NCBI RefSeq assembly: GCF_048593235.1
Contig: NC_133618.1
Coordinates: 143,991,162 to 144,055,161, forward strand
Source of the DNA: Sminthopsis crassicaudata
Taxonomy: Eukaryota
Direction: 5' to 3'
Length of the DNA: 64,000 nucleotides
Numbering within the stretch: position 1 is the stretch's first letter; the number at the start of each line of letters is the position of its first letter. The position numbers and the translations under genes are program-made. Below, piece after piece: positions 27,120 through 39,949 of this stretch. Below the pieces are notes generated by a model. The model was given only the letters and a program-made list of their open reading frames with translations. It searched no databases and had not been told where the DNA came from.

Positions 27120-30100
27120 CTTTTACCCTGCTTTTCCACAATGGCAACAGGTTGCCCATTCCATTTGGAATTCCTCTGACTAGCTGGGTATTTCCCATCA
27201 CCTTTGCTTCTTCCTTTGCCACAATTACCTGCTCTTTGTTTCTTCATGGCTTCTTTCACTGTATTGGCCATGATTTTTGTCATGTTTTTGCTTTTCATCC
27301 CCTCTCCTTACATGTACTTTCTGGGCTGCTCTCACCAGTTCCTCCAAAGGTCACTTATTCCATCTATCCATTTTTTTTTTTTTTGTAATTTCTTCCATGT
27401 ATCTAATCATGCCTGAGCCACAAAATTCATAGTAAGCATTCACTGAGCTGCTGGATTTTCTAGCTCCATTCCCAAATACTTCCTCCTCCTTTCCTTCAAT
27501 CTTTCTAAAAACAAAATTATTTTTTCCTGATTTACTTAAAGTGCTTTAGTTAAATTTTGTGATTGTGTAGATCTATAGTAGGTTTCATCATTGTTATTCC
27601 ATTGTGGTCCTCCTTAAGAAATGTTCTCTCAGGGGCCAGGATTTCTGGACCCAGGAAGATGTCTTCTTTCCCATTTTTCCACCACTCACATTATTATCCC
27701 TTTCTCTTCTCTCATAAAGAGGAGATTCATTATAGACTTTAATTCCCTCATGTGAAAATGTTAGGTTCCAGAAATTGATCTACTTGTTCTAACCCCACAG
27801 GATTCTCAATAAGTAATTTCATTTCCTCCTTAAAATTTCTTACCTCATTTAAACTGAAAAGGGGACATTCACAAAGCCAACTTTTCCCTTTCTTACTGCA
27901 ACTTCCCTTAAGAGGAACATGGGTAATTTAGATTCTGAGCCTACTATAGATTCCTTCAAAGATTTCCCTCTAATCCTCTCCTGTTACCCTTCCTACCTCT
28001 CTGTCTCTCCCTCAGAAGATCCCTTGAATTGACTGGTCTAATGAGAATTGAAGATGGGAGAACACTTCAGTTGTCTCAAATCTTTCTCTTTGGAATAGAC
28101 TAAAAATACTTTGGTTATCATGGGCCCTATCTTCCAGCAGGAAGTGTAATAAGATTTCTCCTGGTTAAAAGGGTCCTTATTAATCATAAATAAACTTAAA
28201 ACTTGACTTAGGCAATCTACATTGACTCCAAATTATAGTCAGAACACTGAGGGCCATTCCTAATAGCAGTATTCAATCATTTGCTTTTTGTCTTCATATG
28301 AGGTTGACCTATTGTCTTCCTAATTAACTAGTTTTCTCCCTAAAGACTGTCAGGAAGGATGCTCAGAAGGATTTTTTTTCTCCCCAAGTACCTTTTGCTT
28401 TGAGCCCTTATTTCCTATTCTAGGCAAACCTGACTTCTCCCCCAAAATTGCTCACTTAGAACCTAATTTTTCCTACCTCCTTTGGTGCTAACAACTTGTC
28501 TCGGCCTTATTGCTTTCACTTTCCCATTAGCATTGGTCCCACACTCCTTAACGATCTCAGTTCTTCTGATCTCTTGGGAGAGTTTTTAGCCTGTTAAGTC
28601 AAGACTGCTCTAAAATTAGTGGGAGCACGCTCCACTCCTTCCTGCTTACTTTTACCCTTCCTGGTGGTCTTTGGATCTTGGCCAACCCTCCAGATTGTTA
28701 TAAATGACTCAACTTAGAGATGACATATTCAGAGGAAGGATTTTATTTAGTTTTTTGGAAAAAGCAGGTGTGCAGCTCTCCAAACAGCTCACACACTGAT
28801 ATAGAAGCAGGAGCAAGCTCTTTGTACTCTAAAATTATTCCTACTCCTCCAAAGTGCTGGCTAATTGGAGCTCTTCTGGATTACCTCTCTTCCTTATGTA
28901 CTCTCTACATGTCCCCCCTTTCCTGAGCATGCATTGTGTGCTATGTTAATAAAGCCTAAGATCCTCCTAAGAAATGAACATTAATAGGGTTAATTAAACA
29001 TGTATGGTAGCAAGACTACTGTGACTAAAGTTTGAAATGGGATTGGGGGAAGGTTGAATGTCATGTCTTGTTTTTAATTACTGCTGGCCAAGATATTATA
29101 TAGATCATGGAATTGACTCCTCCTGGTTCCTTATTCTGATAGCCAAGTTATAGCATCTGTAGAAACAGAACCTTATCTCTCCACCATTCCTCACATCAGG
29201 AATCAAGAATGTCTATTAACTCACATTCTACCCCTTGGAACAACTTTGGGAATTTACCTTCCAGGATTCTAGAACTCACCTTTGGACTGGCTGCTGGCAC
29301 CATTTGTTAGTTTCCCTAATAGAAAAGCTAATTAAACTTCTTAAACAGATTATTGAGACTAGAGTGGGTGATACAGAAATATAGAATGGTGAATGGTGAT
29401 ATTTCCCTCCATGCTGCCTTTTGTAGTCTCTCCTTGGAGGAACAAGAATTTGAATCCTGCCCTAGTGCTGGTTTTGAGGTCCATGCCATGACTTGGGATC
29501 TGCTGAAACTGTTTCTTTTAAAACACTTTTCCTTATTTTTAAATTCTGAACTTAAAATTGCTAATAAAAGTATACTATACATGAAACTGGGTTTTTACAA
29601 TTTATAATTTTATAATTTATTATTGAGCTTTTTTGGCTCAAACATGTAATAAATTCAACATGTGGATTTCAAAACTGTTACGCTCCTCCTTTCTAGACCC
29701 TCTTAAATAATTCTTTGTTTTCTGATGGATTCTGTCATTACTTCTGGGGATGGATAAGGATAAATATCTCATAGCATTTTCTACCTATAAAGCTATGACC
29801 ACAAGTATCAAAATAGTCTTATACAGGAGTTCTCAGCATTAAATGGTTTGTCACTTAGTAGCCATCTACTTTCCTTCTACTACCCAATATAAGTTTCCCT
29901 GAACAACAGCTGTGATATTTGCAACTTATGTACTTTTCCTCTTTTCTTGTCTGTGAATCCTTGTGGGGCTCCTATACTTTGGCATAGACTCCTTGTTGCA
30001 TGCACTTTTCCCACAGTGGGGACCTGAAATCTAAAACATATTACCTTGAACACAATAGCAAATTACAGAAGATATACCTCTAATTAAATAGGATCCTCTT

Positions 30101-30897
30101 TTGTAAAAAAAAAAATGGTATGATCTTATTCATCAGTGGAATAAATGTTTTATGAGCTTGTTATTTCTTAGATATATGATGCTGACAAATGGAAAGATTT
30201 CAGCTTGGAACACATCATGTTTGGGTCAGTAATAAAACTTCAGGTACCACAATCACAGCAAGTGGATGAAAGGGAGTCAGCAGTGGTCTTAAAAAATCTG
30301 CTTTTAGCTTGGGGGGACTCACTTCCTCAACAGGCCCATTGCCTTTCCCATCATAGATGTGTGGGAAGTCTCGGTTGCCATTTAAATACCTGGGCAAGAG
30401 AAAATAACAGCCAAAATGTAAATTTAAGAGCATTTATTGCTGGCCAGCAACTGAGCCCAAAAGTGCAAGACGTGGGGAGTCAGCCCTGAGCAGTTTTAGG
30501 GACACATATTTGTAGGTGAAAATCACAAGAATGTTCTGAAACATTTATCACACTAAAAATTCCCAGACAGGCGGCAAAGGTTAACAAAGAGACAGTTATT
30601 TAAGTTTTATGCTTATCAAGGTCTTTGGTAATAGAGAAGGTTTAAGGCGGCACATCTGGAGCCATGTGTGCCTGCAGTTGGAAACAGAAAACACCACCTG
30701 CTTTAGGGCGTCAAAAGCTGGTGACATAGTTGTGACTGCAGACAGAATTCAAGCAGGAATCACATTCTCAGGAGTGAAGGATGGGACAGAGTCCCCCCTT
30801 TTACTTGTGACTGATTAGAGATTGTTCTCATCAGAGGCGAGGGGGGGGGAATACAGTGGTCTTAGCCACAAACAACTTACCTACCTGGATCATTTTC

Positions 30898-30899
30898 TT

Positions 30900-30938
<39 letters not shown>

Positions 30939-32019
30939 ATTTTAAAATGCCTTTATTCAGGAATAGCATATAGGGAGAGAAGGGAAGAGGATCAAGGATA
31001 ACACTTTGGGAAAGATCATAAAAGAAGAGAAAGGGAATTGACTTTTATTTAGTATCCACCATGTTTACTATATGCCAACTATTGTGGAAAGGGAAGGTAA
31101 TAGGCATTTATTTAGCAACTGTTATATATCAGATACTGCACTAAACACCTTTTATGATTATTATCTCATTTGAGCCACACAACTCAGAAAGGGAGGTGCT
31201 TTTATTCTCATTTTACTGATGAAGAAAGTGAGGCAGGGTCACACAGAAGTTTCTGGAGCTAAATTTGAATCCAGTTCTTCCTACACTCTAGGCACAGTAC
31301 CCTATCCCCTGTGCCAACTAGCTTCCTATATAGAACAGAAAGAACACTGATTATCATGGCTAGAGCAGTGGGAAAGCCTAGTTCAAATTCAACTCCCCAT
31401 ACTAGCTAGGTGTGACACTGAGTAAATCTTCCCTTTCTTGGACCTCCATTTTCTCATTTCTGATATGAGGAGGTTGAACTCAATGACCTCCCAAGTCTCT
31501 ATGATACTATGATCTTATAATCCTGTCTATGAATCTATATATGATACTATTAGAGAAACCTGTGGAAGAAGAAGGAAGAAGAAAAGAGATTAATGGGAGC
31601 CAGGGGAGTATGGAATCAAGGAAGGCAAGGATAGTCATCCGAACCTTTCTTCCCATTTGAAGGGGATAGTGCAATAATTTGAAATAATTGAACAGTTAGT
31701 CTGAGAAAATCTATCTAGTCACTGGTGGAATAGCAGTTTCAGCTTAATTAACTTTAACAAGTCAAACAGGGCAACTGTCATTTATTGGAGGTGGTGAGTA
31801 AGGAAAAGATCATTTCTCCTCCCATCGATGACAATTCAATGGCTCAGGAAGGAATTGTTGTTGATAAACCTGAAAAATGTTCTTGTGCCAGAATAAGTGA
31901 TGGAGCTAGTTTTAGAGAAGAGTGCTAAACATTGTCCCTTCTCTCATAAACAACATCTCATTAGGTGCAGAAGGACAACTACTGTCATATTTGACATATC
32001 AGCCTGTGATAAGTATCTG
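30898..32019 (-). mobile_element. L1-mediated retrocopy of a polyadenylated non-TE RNA 3' end, containing MIR remnants
   Basis: About 40-nt poly(A) at 30898-30937; AATAAA at 30952-30957; perfect TSD cctggatcattttc at 30884-30897 and 32020-32033. Confidence 0.9.
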
Positions 32020-33420
32020 CCTGGATCATTTTCCTGATATATATGGTTAAACAGTCAATCAGACAAGGGGCAATAAGTAGAGCTAGCAGGAATAGAGCAA
32101 GGGGGCATATCAGGGAGGTTCTAAGGGAGGTCATCCAGGGGGGCCAATTAAAAAGTGACTGGTACCAGGACATTGTCTTCAGCAGTCTCCCGCTCCTCAG
32201 TGTGTCTTTTAATTGTGGACACAGAGACCCCCTTACCACCTCTGAGTTAATTAGCTTAGAAACAGCAAGCTTCCTTGAGGGCCATACACACCCTCCCAGT
32301 TTAAGGTAGAGCAAATCCAGGCCCTGTGACTCTGTAGGACCGCCTCTGCCCAGGAGTGTAGGGAGTTCTCCAACAAAGATATGTGATTTTCCTGGTCCAC
32401 CTGGCAACCCAGAGCCAACAGCTGGCTGTCCCCATGGATCAGGGCAGTGGTCCCCACAGCCATGGGGCCCGCTAGTCCTACTCCTTCCAGCAGGAGGAAT
32501 GAGAATAAGAGCAGTCCTCCTTGCTTTATCTAACAGACCAAAATGTCCTTCGGCCCCTTCTGCAGAGTACAGAGAGATCTGAGGGAGCACGTACACAAAC
32601 AGGCAAAACTCGGGGGATTCTTCCAAGGCCAAAGTGAATTCATTGATACAAGGGGTTAGTCCCATGGTACATGCAAAGATAGAACCCTGTTGAGCCCATA
32701 TTAGGGAGTTTATAGTGTTTTTTGTGTGGGGGAACCTTGGTAACCACCACACGTATATTGCTTTTTGAATGGGGAGTGGTCCAGATTATAGCCTTCCGAT
32801 TTTATGCACCCACCTCACCCTGCACCCCTCCCAAAGGTAACCTGGGAACGGGGGCGGTGCACTCTGGGCAAAGATCCTTAACCAAGAGAGATTCAGGATG
32901 GAGTGGGCCTCCTCCCCCAGGTAGCACCTATGCCAACAAGGTAGAGGGGCCGGGTCCAGGCAGAGCCAGCAGCTTGTGGTGAGGGTGGGGCTGGTCAGGT
33001 TTATCATCTGGTGTATTCTAGCAAGGGCTGACATAAAGGTCCCATAGGGAGACAGCGGTCCTGGGGGAGTGGAGGCTGAGGGGGTGTTGTGGTTTCCCCC
33101 TCCAGATGAGAAGTGGTCTTGGCTGGTCTCAGGTGTAAATGAGGGAGATTAATAACTGCCACATAAAACCTGATACCCCAGGTCCTTCCCAAGAGCTGGC
33201 ACAGATACAGGAGAACCATGGCTGCTGTAAGTCTCATTTAGGCCTCCACCTCCCCCAGTAGTTCTTATTAGGGCCCACACATATCTATGGGGAGAATAGC
33301 GGCTGCGTTTCCCCAATAGGATGGGGGAAGCAAGAGGGAGGCTCAAGCCATAAAAGGGGATAAGATACAAAAACACTATATTCCTGAGTCGGGTCCTGCA
33401 GGCGCACCGGGAGCAGGGCA
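32020..33420 (-). pseudogene. env: Gamma-type env pseudogene (SU and TM, frameshifted); its true C-terminus is displaced to about 30810-30897
   Basis: SPHRYVWALI, MINLTSPTLTTSCWLCL (32786-33034), ISD-like segment and membrane anchor in ORF 31985-32752. Confidence 0.9.
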
Positions 33421-34517
33421 AGGCCTCACATGTGAACGATAGAGCCAAGCCTGACTGTGCATCCTTCAATGCTGAGGGATTGGAGAGTATGACCTGGTGA
33501 GGGCCGGTCCAGTATGGTTCCAATGCAGAGCCACAAGGAAATGTTCTGGCCAGGATCCAGTCACCCGGTTGGAGGTTCGGTCCAACAGGCTGGGGCAGGG
33601 GAGGCTGGGCAGAGGCATGATAGAGAGCCCTGACTGCTGCCGGGTGTCCTGGAGAGCCTGTAGAGAATTGAATAGGGAGCCATTAGTAACATCATAAGAG
33701 TGTCCTGCCCCATGCAGAGAAGAAGGAGGGTGGAGCACTGAATAGGATTTCAAAGGATAAGAGAAAGAAAACTTGAGGGATCAGGAGTACACTGGCAAAG
33801 AGAAGGAGCCCTACGCAGGTCTTGCCAGTTCCAGCTGGAGCTCAACACTGTGCTTCTTTAAGTGTCCTGTTCATGCCTTCCACTCTACCCGAACCCTGTG
33901 GTCCAGAGGCACAGTGCAGGTGCCCTTGAACCCGAGGGCCTGTGCCAGAAACTGAACAACATTGGAAATGAAAGCCAAGCCATTGTCAGATCCGAGGGAG
34001 AAGGGGGCCCAAACCAGGGGATACCTTCAGTCACAAGTTTCTTGGCCATGGCCAGAGCAGATTCAGATTTTATAGGAAAGGCTGCAGGCCATCCTGAGAA
34101 GGTGTCAACAAATACTAAAAGAAAACAATGTCCTTGAACCTAGATTTCCACATCTGTGAAATCAACTTCCCAGTGTTCACTGAGTGAATCCTTGGGGGTG
34201 CAGAGCAGGGACAGTGGGGAAGGGGGGGATGGGCAGGGTTCATTTTGGCATGAGGTAGGCATGGGGGGCGGGGAGCAGCAGTCTCAGTGAGGATTCCATT
34301 CCAGGCAGGGAAAGAAATGGGAAAGCAGAGCAAATAAGGGAGTCCTCCCTGAGTGAGTCAGAGAGCGCAGTTCTGAAACAAAGGGTAGCTCAAGGCTTTT
34401 GGAAGAAGCACATGATGCCAGCCCTTGCCACTGGCCGGCCCATGTTAGGGGCCCTTGTGGTCCTTGCAACCGGACAACAAGGCCTTATTTTGACCAGCAG
34501 ACCTCATTGTTTGATAA

Positions 34518-34763
34518 TGTGGAGATCCGAATAAGGATGAGACAGGGAGCAGAGGTGTTGCAGAGCTCTGTTTATTCCAGCTAGCTCAAGCATCTTTTAT
34601 AGCCTCAGTAACTAAGTGTTGCACAAGCCCGGGGGAGAAGTATGGATGGTGTCTAGAATGGAAGAATGGTCATGCAAGGGAGCTTCAGGCGGGTAGGGGG
34701 CTGAGGGTGGCAGGATTCAGGGAACTTGGAGAGCAGATGTAACTCTGGTGCCATCTAACCACA
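34518..34763 (-). mobile_element. Short LTR inside gamma pol, at the position of the missing RNase H
   Basis: TG...CA; TATA ctataaaag at about 34597, AATAAA at about 34572; no TSD. Confidence 0.75.
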
Positions 34764-35086
34764 GGACTTGGTGGTGGGTGAGGCGGGAATTAGAATTCCA
34801 GCATTGCAGGGGAGGGGAGATGCAGGAGTTGGACTAAATGGTGTTCAGCCACCCCCTCCAAGGGCTGCCAGAAAGTGAGTTTAAAAGCCTCTTTCACTAC
34901 AAGAGCGGTGGCCGCCAGAGACGGAAGACATGGAGGCCGCCAGCAGCAAGGCCACAGGGCGGGACCACGGGCCAAGTTTTTGGGTCAGGACTCCTTTAGC
35001 AATCCCCACTTTTCAGCAACAAAAAGACAAAAGGATTTAGAGATTGTAAAGGACAGTAATACTTAACCCTGGGCAGTCACTTCATT

Positions 35087-35600
35087 TGTGAATGCCCTGG
35101 CGTTACCCCCTATTTCACATTGCCAGTCTCTCCTAGTTCCCAGGGCGTCAGAGACTCTGGCCACTGATGTGTCAACTCACTTTAATCCGACTGCCTACTC
35201 TGAGGCTTTTAGAGATTCCTGGCCACGATTTCTTGAATTGTAGTTTAATAACCGATAGCACGCTCAAGAACAGCCATATGTAAACTTAAAACCCTTATTA
35301 TCCTTGCTCACATATCGCCCTGACTTGTTAATTCCTGAGTGAACACCTGGTCTGAAGACCCACATGTTCACTATCAATCTCCTTACCTCTCTCAACTATC
35401 CATCCCCTCAGCTCAGCTACCCCAGGATAAAGAGCTCAACCTGCTGCAGTGGGCTTAAAGAAGGTCTGTCAGGTCACACACAGCCAATCAGAGAGGGACC
35501 ATGTCCCATCATGAAGCTATCTCAATATGACCAGGGTCCCTCTCATGGGGCAGTCTCTGTCCACAGGGATTACTTCCGGGACGCTCAGACCTCCTGTTTG
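35087..35600 (-). mobile_element. Solo LTR in gamma RT, same family as the LTR at 44814-45340
   Basis: Shared blocks catatg.ctgttcttga, gtggccag..tctct, ctggga.ctaggagaga.tgg; flanked by catt at 35083-35086 and 35601-35604. Confidence 0.8.
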
Positions 35601-38600
35601 CATTGGGCTTGACCCTTCCTAAAAGAGAGGTCTGGCAGGGCGAGTGTGGGTGGGGAGACTAGTGCCCGGAGTGGATGGAATGCAGGATCTTGTTCAGTCC
35701 CACAGAAGGGATTCCCCGGGCCAATGAAGTATACGGGGGTTTGGCAGTTTTGGCAAAGCCAAGAACCTAGAGCCCATAGCACCTGGTGGCTCCCAGAAAT
35801 TCCCTCCACTTGGTAGTGGGGGATTTGGGTGCTTAGGATGCTGGAAATGCAAGAAGGGGACAAAAGACAGAGCCTTTCCTTGAGAATAAAGCTTAGCTAT
35901 GGGATTTCTTGGGAACAGAGCTATACCTTTTCCCCCAAGACCCGGTGCTCCTTCTCTGCCAACAGTTTAAGGAGGGACATGGTGAGCTGGAAGCTCCAAT
36001 CTTTATCGGGCGCTGCCAGCAGTAGGTCACCAACATAGTAACAGAACTGCCCCAGATTGGCAGCTCTAAAATCTCGCAAGTCTTGCTCCAGAGCATCTCC
36101 AAAGGAGAGGGGGGGAATTCTTGAACCCCTGGGGAAGCTTGGGCCAGATTAGTTGCTGAGAGTTCTGGGTGGTGGGATCCTTCCAAATGAAAGCAAAAAA
36201 TGGCCTGGCTAACAGGTGCCAAAGGAATTGAAAAGAACACATCCTTAAGGTCCAACACCCAATCCCAGGTCAGAGCAGGGCTCAGGAAGGACAAAGGAGT
36301 ATAAGAGTTGGGCAGAGTCAGGTATATGGGCTCAACCTGCCTATTCACCTCCCTGAGGGCCGGAAGGCAACGGAAGTCCCCTGATCGACAACAGTGGAGT
36401 ATTCCATGAGCTCTGGCAGGGGAGAAGTATCCCTGCCTTTAAAAGTTCTCAATATGAGGCTTAATCCCTAACAAGGATAGCTGAGGGAAGGAGTGCTGCT
36501 TCACCTGTATTGGAATGGCACTCACCTTGAGCTGGACTTCAGTGGGGGGATAACGATTGATAAGCCCAAATGGGGAGTCCTCAGCCCAGACATGAGGGAT
36601 CAGGGATGTAAAGGTAGGCAGAATGGTACTAGGGCAGCCTGAGATTGAGTCGTTGGAACAATGACCCTGGATACCTCTGAGAGGGGACAGGAAACGCGCA
36701 ATTGTGGAGCGAAAGAAATGTGGGGATCATCTGAGTCCTTAAAGGCAATAGTTGCCTGCAACTTGTGTAAGATCCCTCCCAAGGAGGTGGTAGGGACAGT
36801 CTGGCACACCAAGAAAGGAGTGGGTAACTGTCCCTCAGCCCAAGTCAACTGTCCATGAGGTCATGTAAGGGATCCTTTTAACCTTTCCAGTAGCCTCCTC
36901 TATGTAGATGGTGTTCTTTGAAAGGGGTCCCATAGGGGCTTGGAGAACAGATTTCATAGCTTCTATGTCCACTAAGAAGTGGACAGGGTGACCCCCCACA
37001 TGCAAAATGACCCTCAGCTCCTGGGGGGGGGTCTGCTCTGGTCATTTTCTTATTCTGTTGGTCCTGGGGCTCCTTTCAATTGTTCAAAATCTTTTGTGCC
37101 ATCTCCATTAACTCCAAGAGATTCTTTCCCTCAGAACCTTCCAGCTTTTGCAGTTTCTTTCTAATATCTGGAGCTGATTGAGCAACAAAATCAACAACAA
37201 AAGCCCTGTAGTTGTTTGGGTCCTCTGGGTCAATGGTGTATAGGTACAGTAAGCTCCCAAGATCCTTCCTAGAAAAACAGCTGGAGCCTTGTCTTTCCCT
37301 GCTTTACTTCACTAACCTTAGGTAAATTTGTAAGTTTCTTTGTGGCTCCTCTAAGCCCCCCCAAGAGCAACTAGTAATACCGGTCTAGGGCTTCCCTCCC
37401 CTGGTCTGAGTTATGGTTCCAGTTAGGACATGTGTTGGGGACAGTGCAGGCCAACTGTAAGGGATCATGTGTTGGGCCGCCATCAGGACTCAGTACTCCC
37501 TTTTTTGTCTCCCTAACAATGCACTTTCTTTCTTCACTTGTAAAAAGGACCTGAAGGAGCTGTTGGCAATCATCCCAAGTGGGTTGGTGCAAGAAGAAGA
37601 TAGTTTCTAGGAGACAAATAAGCCTCTGGAGTTTCTCAGAGAAAGAGGGGTTTTGTTGTCTCCAATGGTAAAAATCACTAATGGGAAAAGGGACATAAAC
37701 CACAATCCCTAGTGTCCTGGATGAACGCAGCTTCTCACAAGGGGAATGGGAGGTGGGGTACTAGAATCAGGACTCATGGGGGACCCATAGGTGGCACCTC
37801 CTCTAGTATGGGGCAGACTCTCGACTGGGACAACATTGTCAGAGACAGCAGAATGTGGAGGGAGGGGGCAATCAGAGGGTGGGACCTGTGTCCAGTCTAA
37901 AAAGTCTTCTGTGGGCAGGGGAGGCAGAACGGGGTACAGATGGTGACCCCCTGTACCCTTAGGGAACAGGCCGACTTTGAGGCTTTCGGAGCAAGGACAT
38001 CAGGGTTAGGAGAATGCAGGCAGGAGTCACAGGGGTCTCTTTGGGAGAGGGGGGTCACAGTGGGAACCTCTGAAGAAGTAGTACCAACTAAAGTTTTCAG
38101 AGGGACCCCATCTGACCAGACAAGAATATATGGGATCTGATCTGCCCTATCTAAAGACTTGTTTTACTTTTTCAATTAACTGGGGATTAAAATTTCCCTC
38201 TGATGGTCACCCAGTTCCCAAATTAGGCCACTTAGACTGACATTTCTCAATTAGTCTCCGTTTGGTAACTTTATAGCCATAATCATTAGCATTTTTCTGA
38301 AATTCTTTAAAGTTTTTCAAGAAGTTCTTCAGGGGTCCTTCTTCTTGGAGTCCTCTGGACTCAGAATTTCCCATGTCAATAAACACAACTACATTTAAAC
38401 ACAAAGAGACAGTAGACAAACGATTCCAGACCACAAAAGACAGACAGCCAGGGTACTCCAACAGCGTCCTGTGGAGGCCAGTAGTTGAGTACTGATGCTG
38501 CATCCGGCCTAGCCACCTACTATCCCAGAGTTCTCACCCAGAATTGAACCAGTTCCCAAAATGCTCAAAGCCAATTGAGTTAATTTAGGTCTCACTCTCC

Positions 38601-38724
38601 CAGTTTGCAGAAGGAGGTTACTAAGGCCTGGGGCTGAGGGACATCTCAGTGGCTACCCCTTAGAGACTGTAACCCCCTTCGCCCTCCAGGGAAAGAGACT
38701 AGCTGTTGGACAGAGCCAAAGGCT

Positions 38725-38742
38725 ATCTTTCAGGGACCTCCA
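38725..38742 (-). promoter_or_regulatory. Primer-binding site, tRNA-Gln-like
   Basis: tggaggtccctgaaagat directly after the 5' LTR; 14/18 match to the Gln PBS TGGAGGTCCCACCGAGAT. Confidence 0.7.
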
Positions 38743-39398
38743 ACTGAAATACCTGGGCAAGAAAAAATACAGGACAGCAAAATAATGTAAATTTAAGAGC
38801 TTTTATTGCTGGTCAGCAACTGAGCCCACAACTGAGCCCACAAGTACAAGACTTGGGGAGTCAGCCCTGAGCAGTTTCAGGGACACATATTTATAGGAGA
38901 AAAGCACAAGAATGTTCTGAACATTTATCACACAAAAAATTCCATTCCCAGACAGGCAGCAAAGGTTAACAAGGAGACAGTTATTTCTTCAAGTCATACG
39001 CTTTTCAAGTTGTCGTGGTCTTTGGTGATAGATAAGGTTTAAGGTGACACATCTGGGGGCCATGTGTGCCTGCAATTGGAAACAGAGTACACCACCTGCT
39101 TTAGGGCATGAAAATCTGGTGACATAGTTCTGACTGCAGACAGAGTTCAAACAGAGGAAATATTCTCACCGTCTCAGGAGGGCAGGACAGGGGACAGCCC
39201 ACTCATTTTACCATTAGCTCCACAACAGAACAGTTTTGTCATAACGGTTATAGTTTCTATAAATATGGAACACAAAACGTTGATTCTTGACTTCTAATCC
39301 TATATGGTGTAAATCCCCACCTTCCAAAGCATAAGTGACAGTGACATACATTGCTCCTGAGAAAGGGATAAGGGGAAGAAATTAAAAATAGAATAGTT

Positions 39399-39946
39399 TG
39401 TAAGGTATTGAGGTAACCAGTGTTAGATGTGACAATACACATGTGACAAGTTACAAGATCTTTCTCTTAGCCAAAAAGTACATTTATTTAGAATAAGAGG
39501 TTACAGACAAAATATAGAGGTAAAATAGGCACCAGAAGTGGCAAAATATGAAATGAATTTGGAAAAGCAATAGGATTAACAAGGAAAGGGATTTGGAAGA
39601 AGCCATTAAAGGAATATGCCATGAGGTATGAGCCTGCCACTGACTAGCAGGCTAAATCAACCCATAGAGGAGGTAGTAGACTAATCAGTTTGCTATAGTA
39701 AAGAGAAAGACATCCTTAAAGGGAAGTTGCTATGAGGAGGGAGAGAATGCCTCATAGCAGGCTTATTAGTATTGAAAAAGGCTTAGCAAAGATTTTCATC
39801 ATAAGCACATCTTTCGTAGGGGAATTATAACCCTAAGAATTTCTGGGGGAAGAGGGGAAATAAAGGCAGGAACAAGAATGTATATTGAGATATTGAGACT
39901 GCCTTCAAGATACTAACAAAGGTAGTCTGGAAAACTTAAGTTCCCA
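39399..39946 (-). mobile_element. LTR; a truncated sister copy lies at 42699-42818
   Basis: About 120 bp near-identical (gtgacaatacaca..caagttacaagatctttctcttagccaaaaagtacatttattt); AATAAA on the minus strand; right boundary approximate. Confidence 0.75.
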
Positions 39947-39949
39947 GAA

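Larger units (their letters stand above)
21780..29100 (-). mobile_element. Degenerate class I ERV provirus with an ERV3/HERV-R-type env: 5' LTR about 28696-29100, PBS, gag about 26560-28200, pro-pol about 23760-26530, env remnant to about 21790
   Basis: RT NTP.LPVK...YRLV.DL..NK..PNPYTLLSKI (25681-25935); IN C..CQRIN and KCLPIALLR.RT.PRKD (24176-24802); NC C.HCGKAG at about 27135; TM WAQDG.WG...[21 protein letters not shown] at about 21900-22070; PBS-like tggagggttggccaagat at 28675-28692, resembling tRNA-Gly after CpG decay. Confidence 0.9.
30382..39196 (-). mobile_element. Two-LTR gammaretrovirus-like provirus, degenerate: 5' LTR 38745-39196, gag, pro-pol, env, PPT 30793-30802, 3' LTR 30382-30788
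   Basis: Paired homologous LTRs; gag MGNSES at 38374; CA QPTWDDCQQLLQVLFTSEER (37371-37703); RT VLDLKD.FF (35893-36348); IN EHWEVDFT; env CWLC and QGLDLLYLKLGG. Confidence 0.95.

Noticed and set aside
31985-32752. 255-aa ORF as an intact env or syncytin candidate
   Set aside because: It is a frameshift chimera: only the C-terminal part is true TM frame, the SU is broken, and the last residues come from the retrocopy.
34880-34975. CpG-rich stretch that looked like a foreign insert in pol
   Set aside because: It translates as the normal connection domain (GIAKGVLTQKLGPW.RPVA, PPCL..LAATAL.VKEA).
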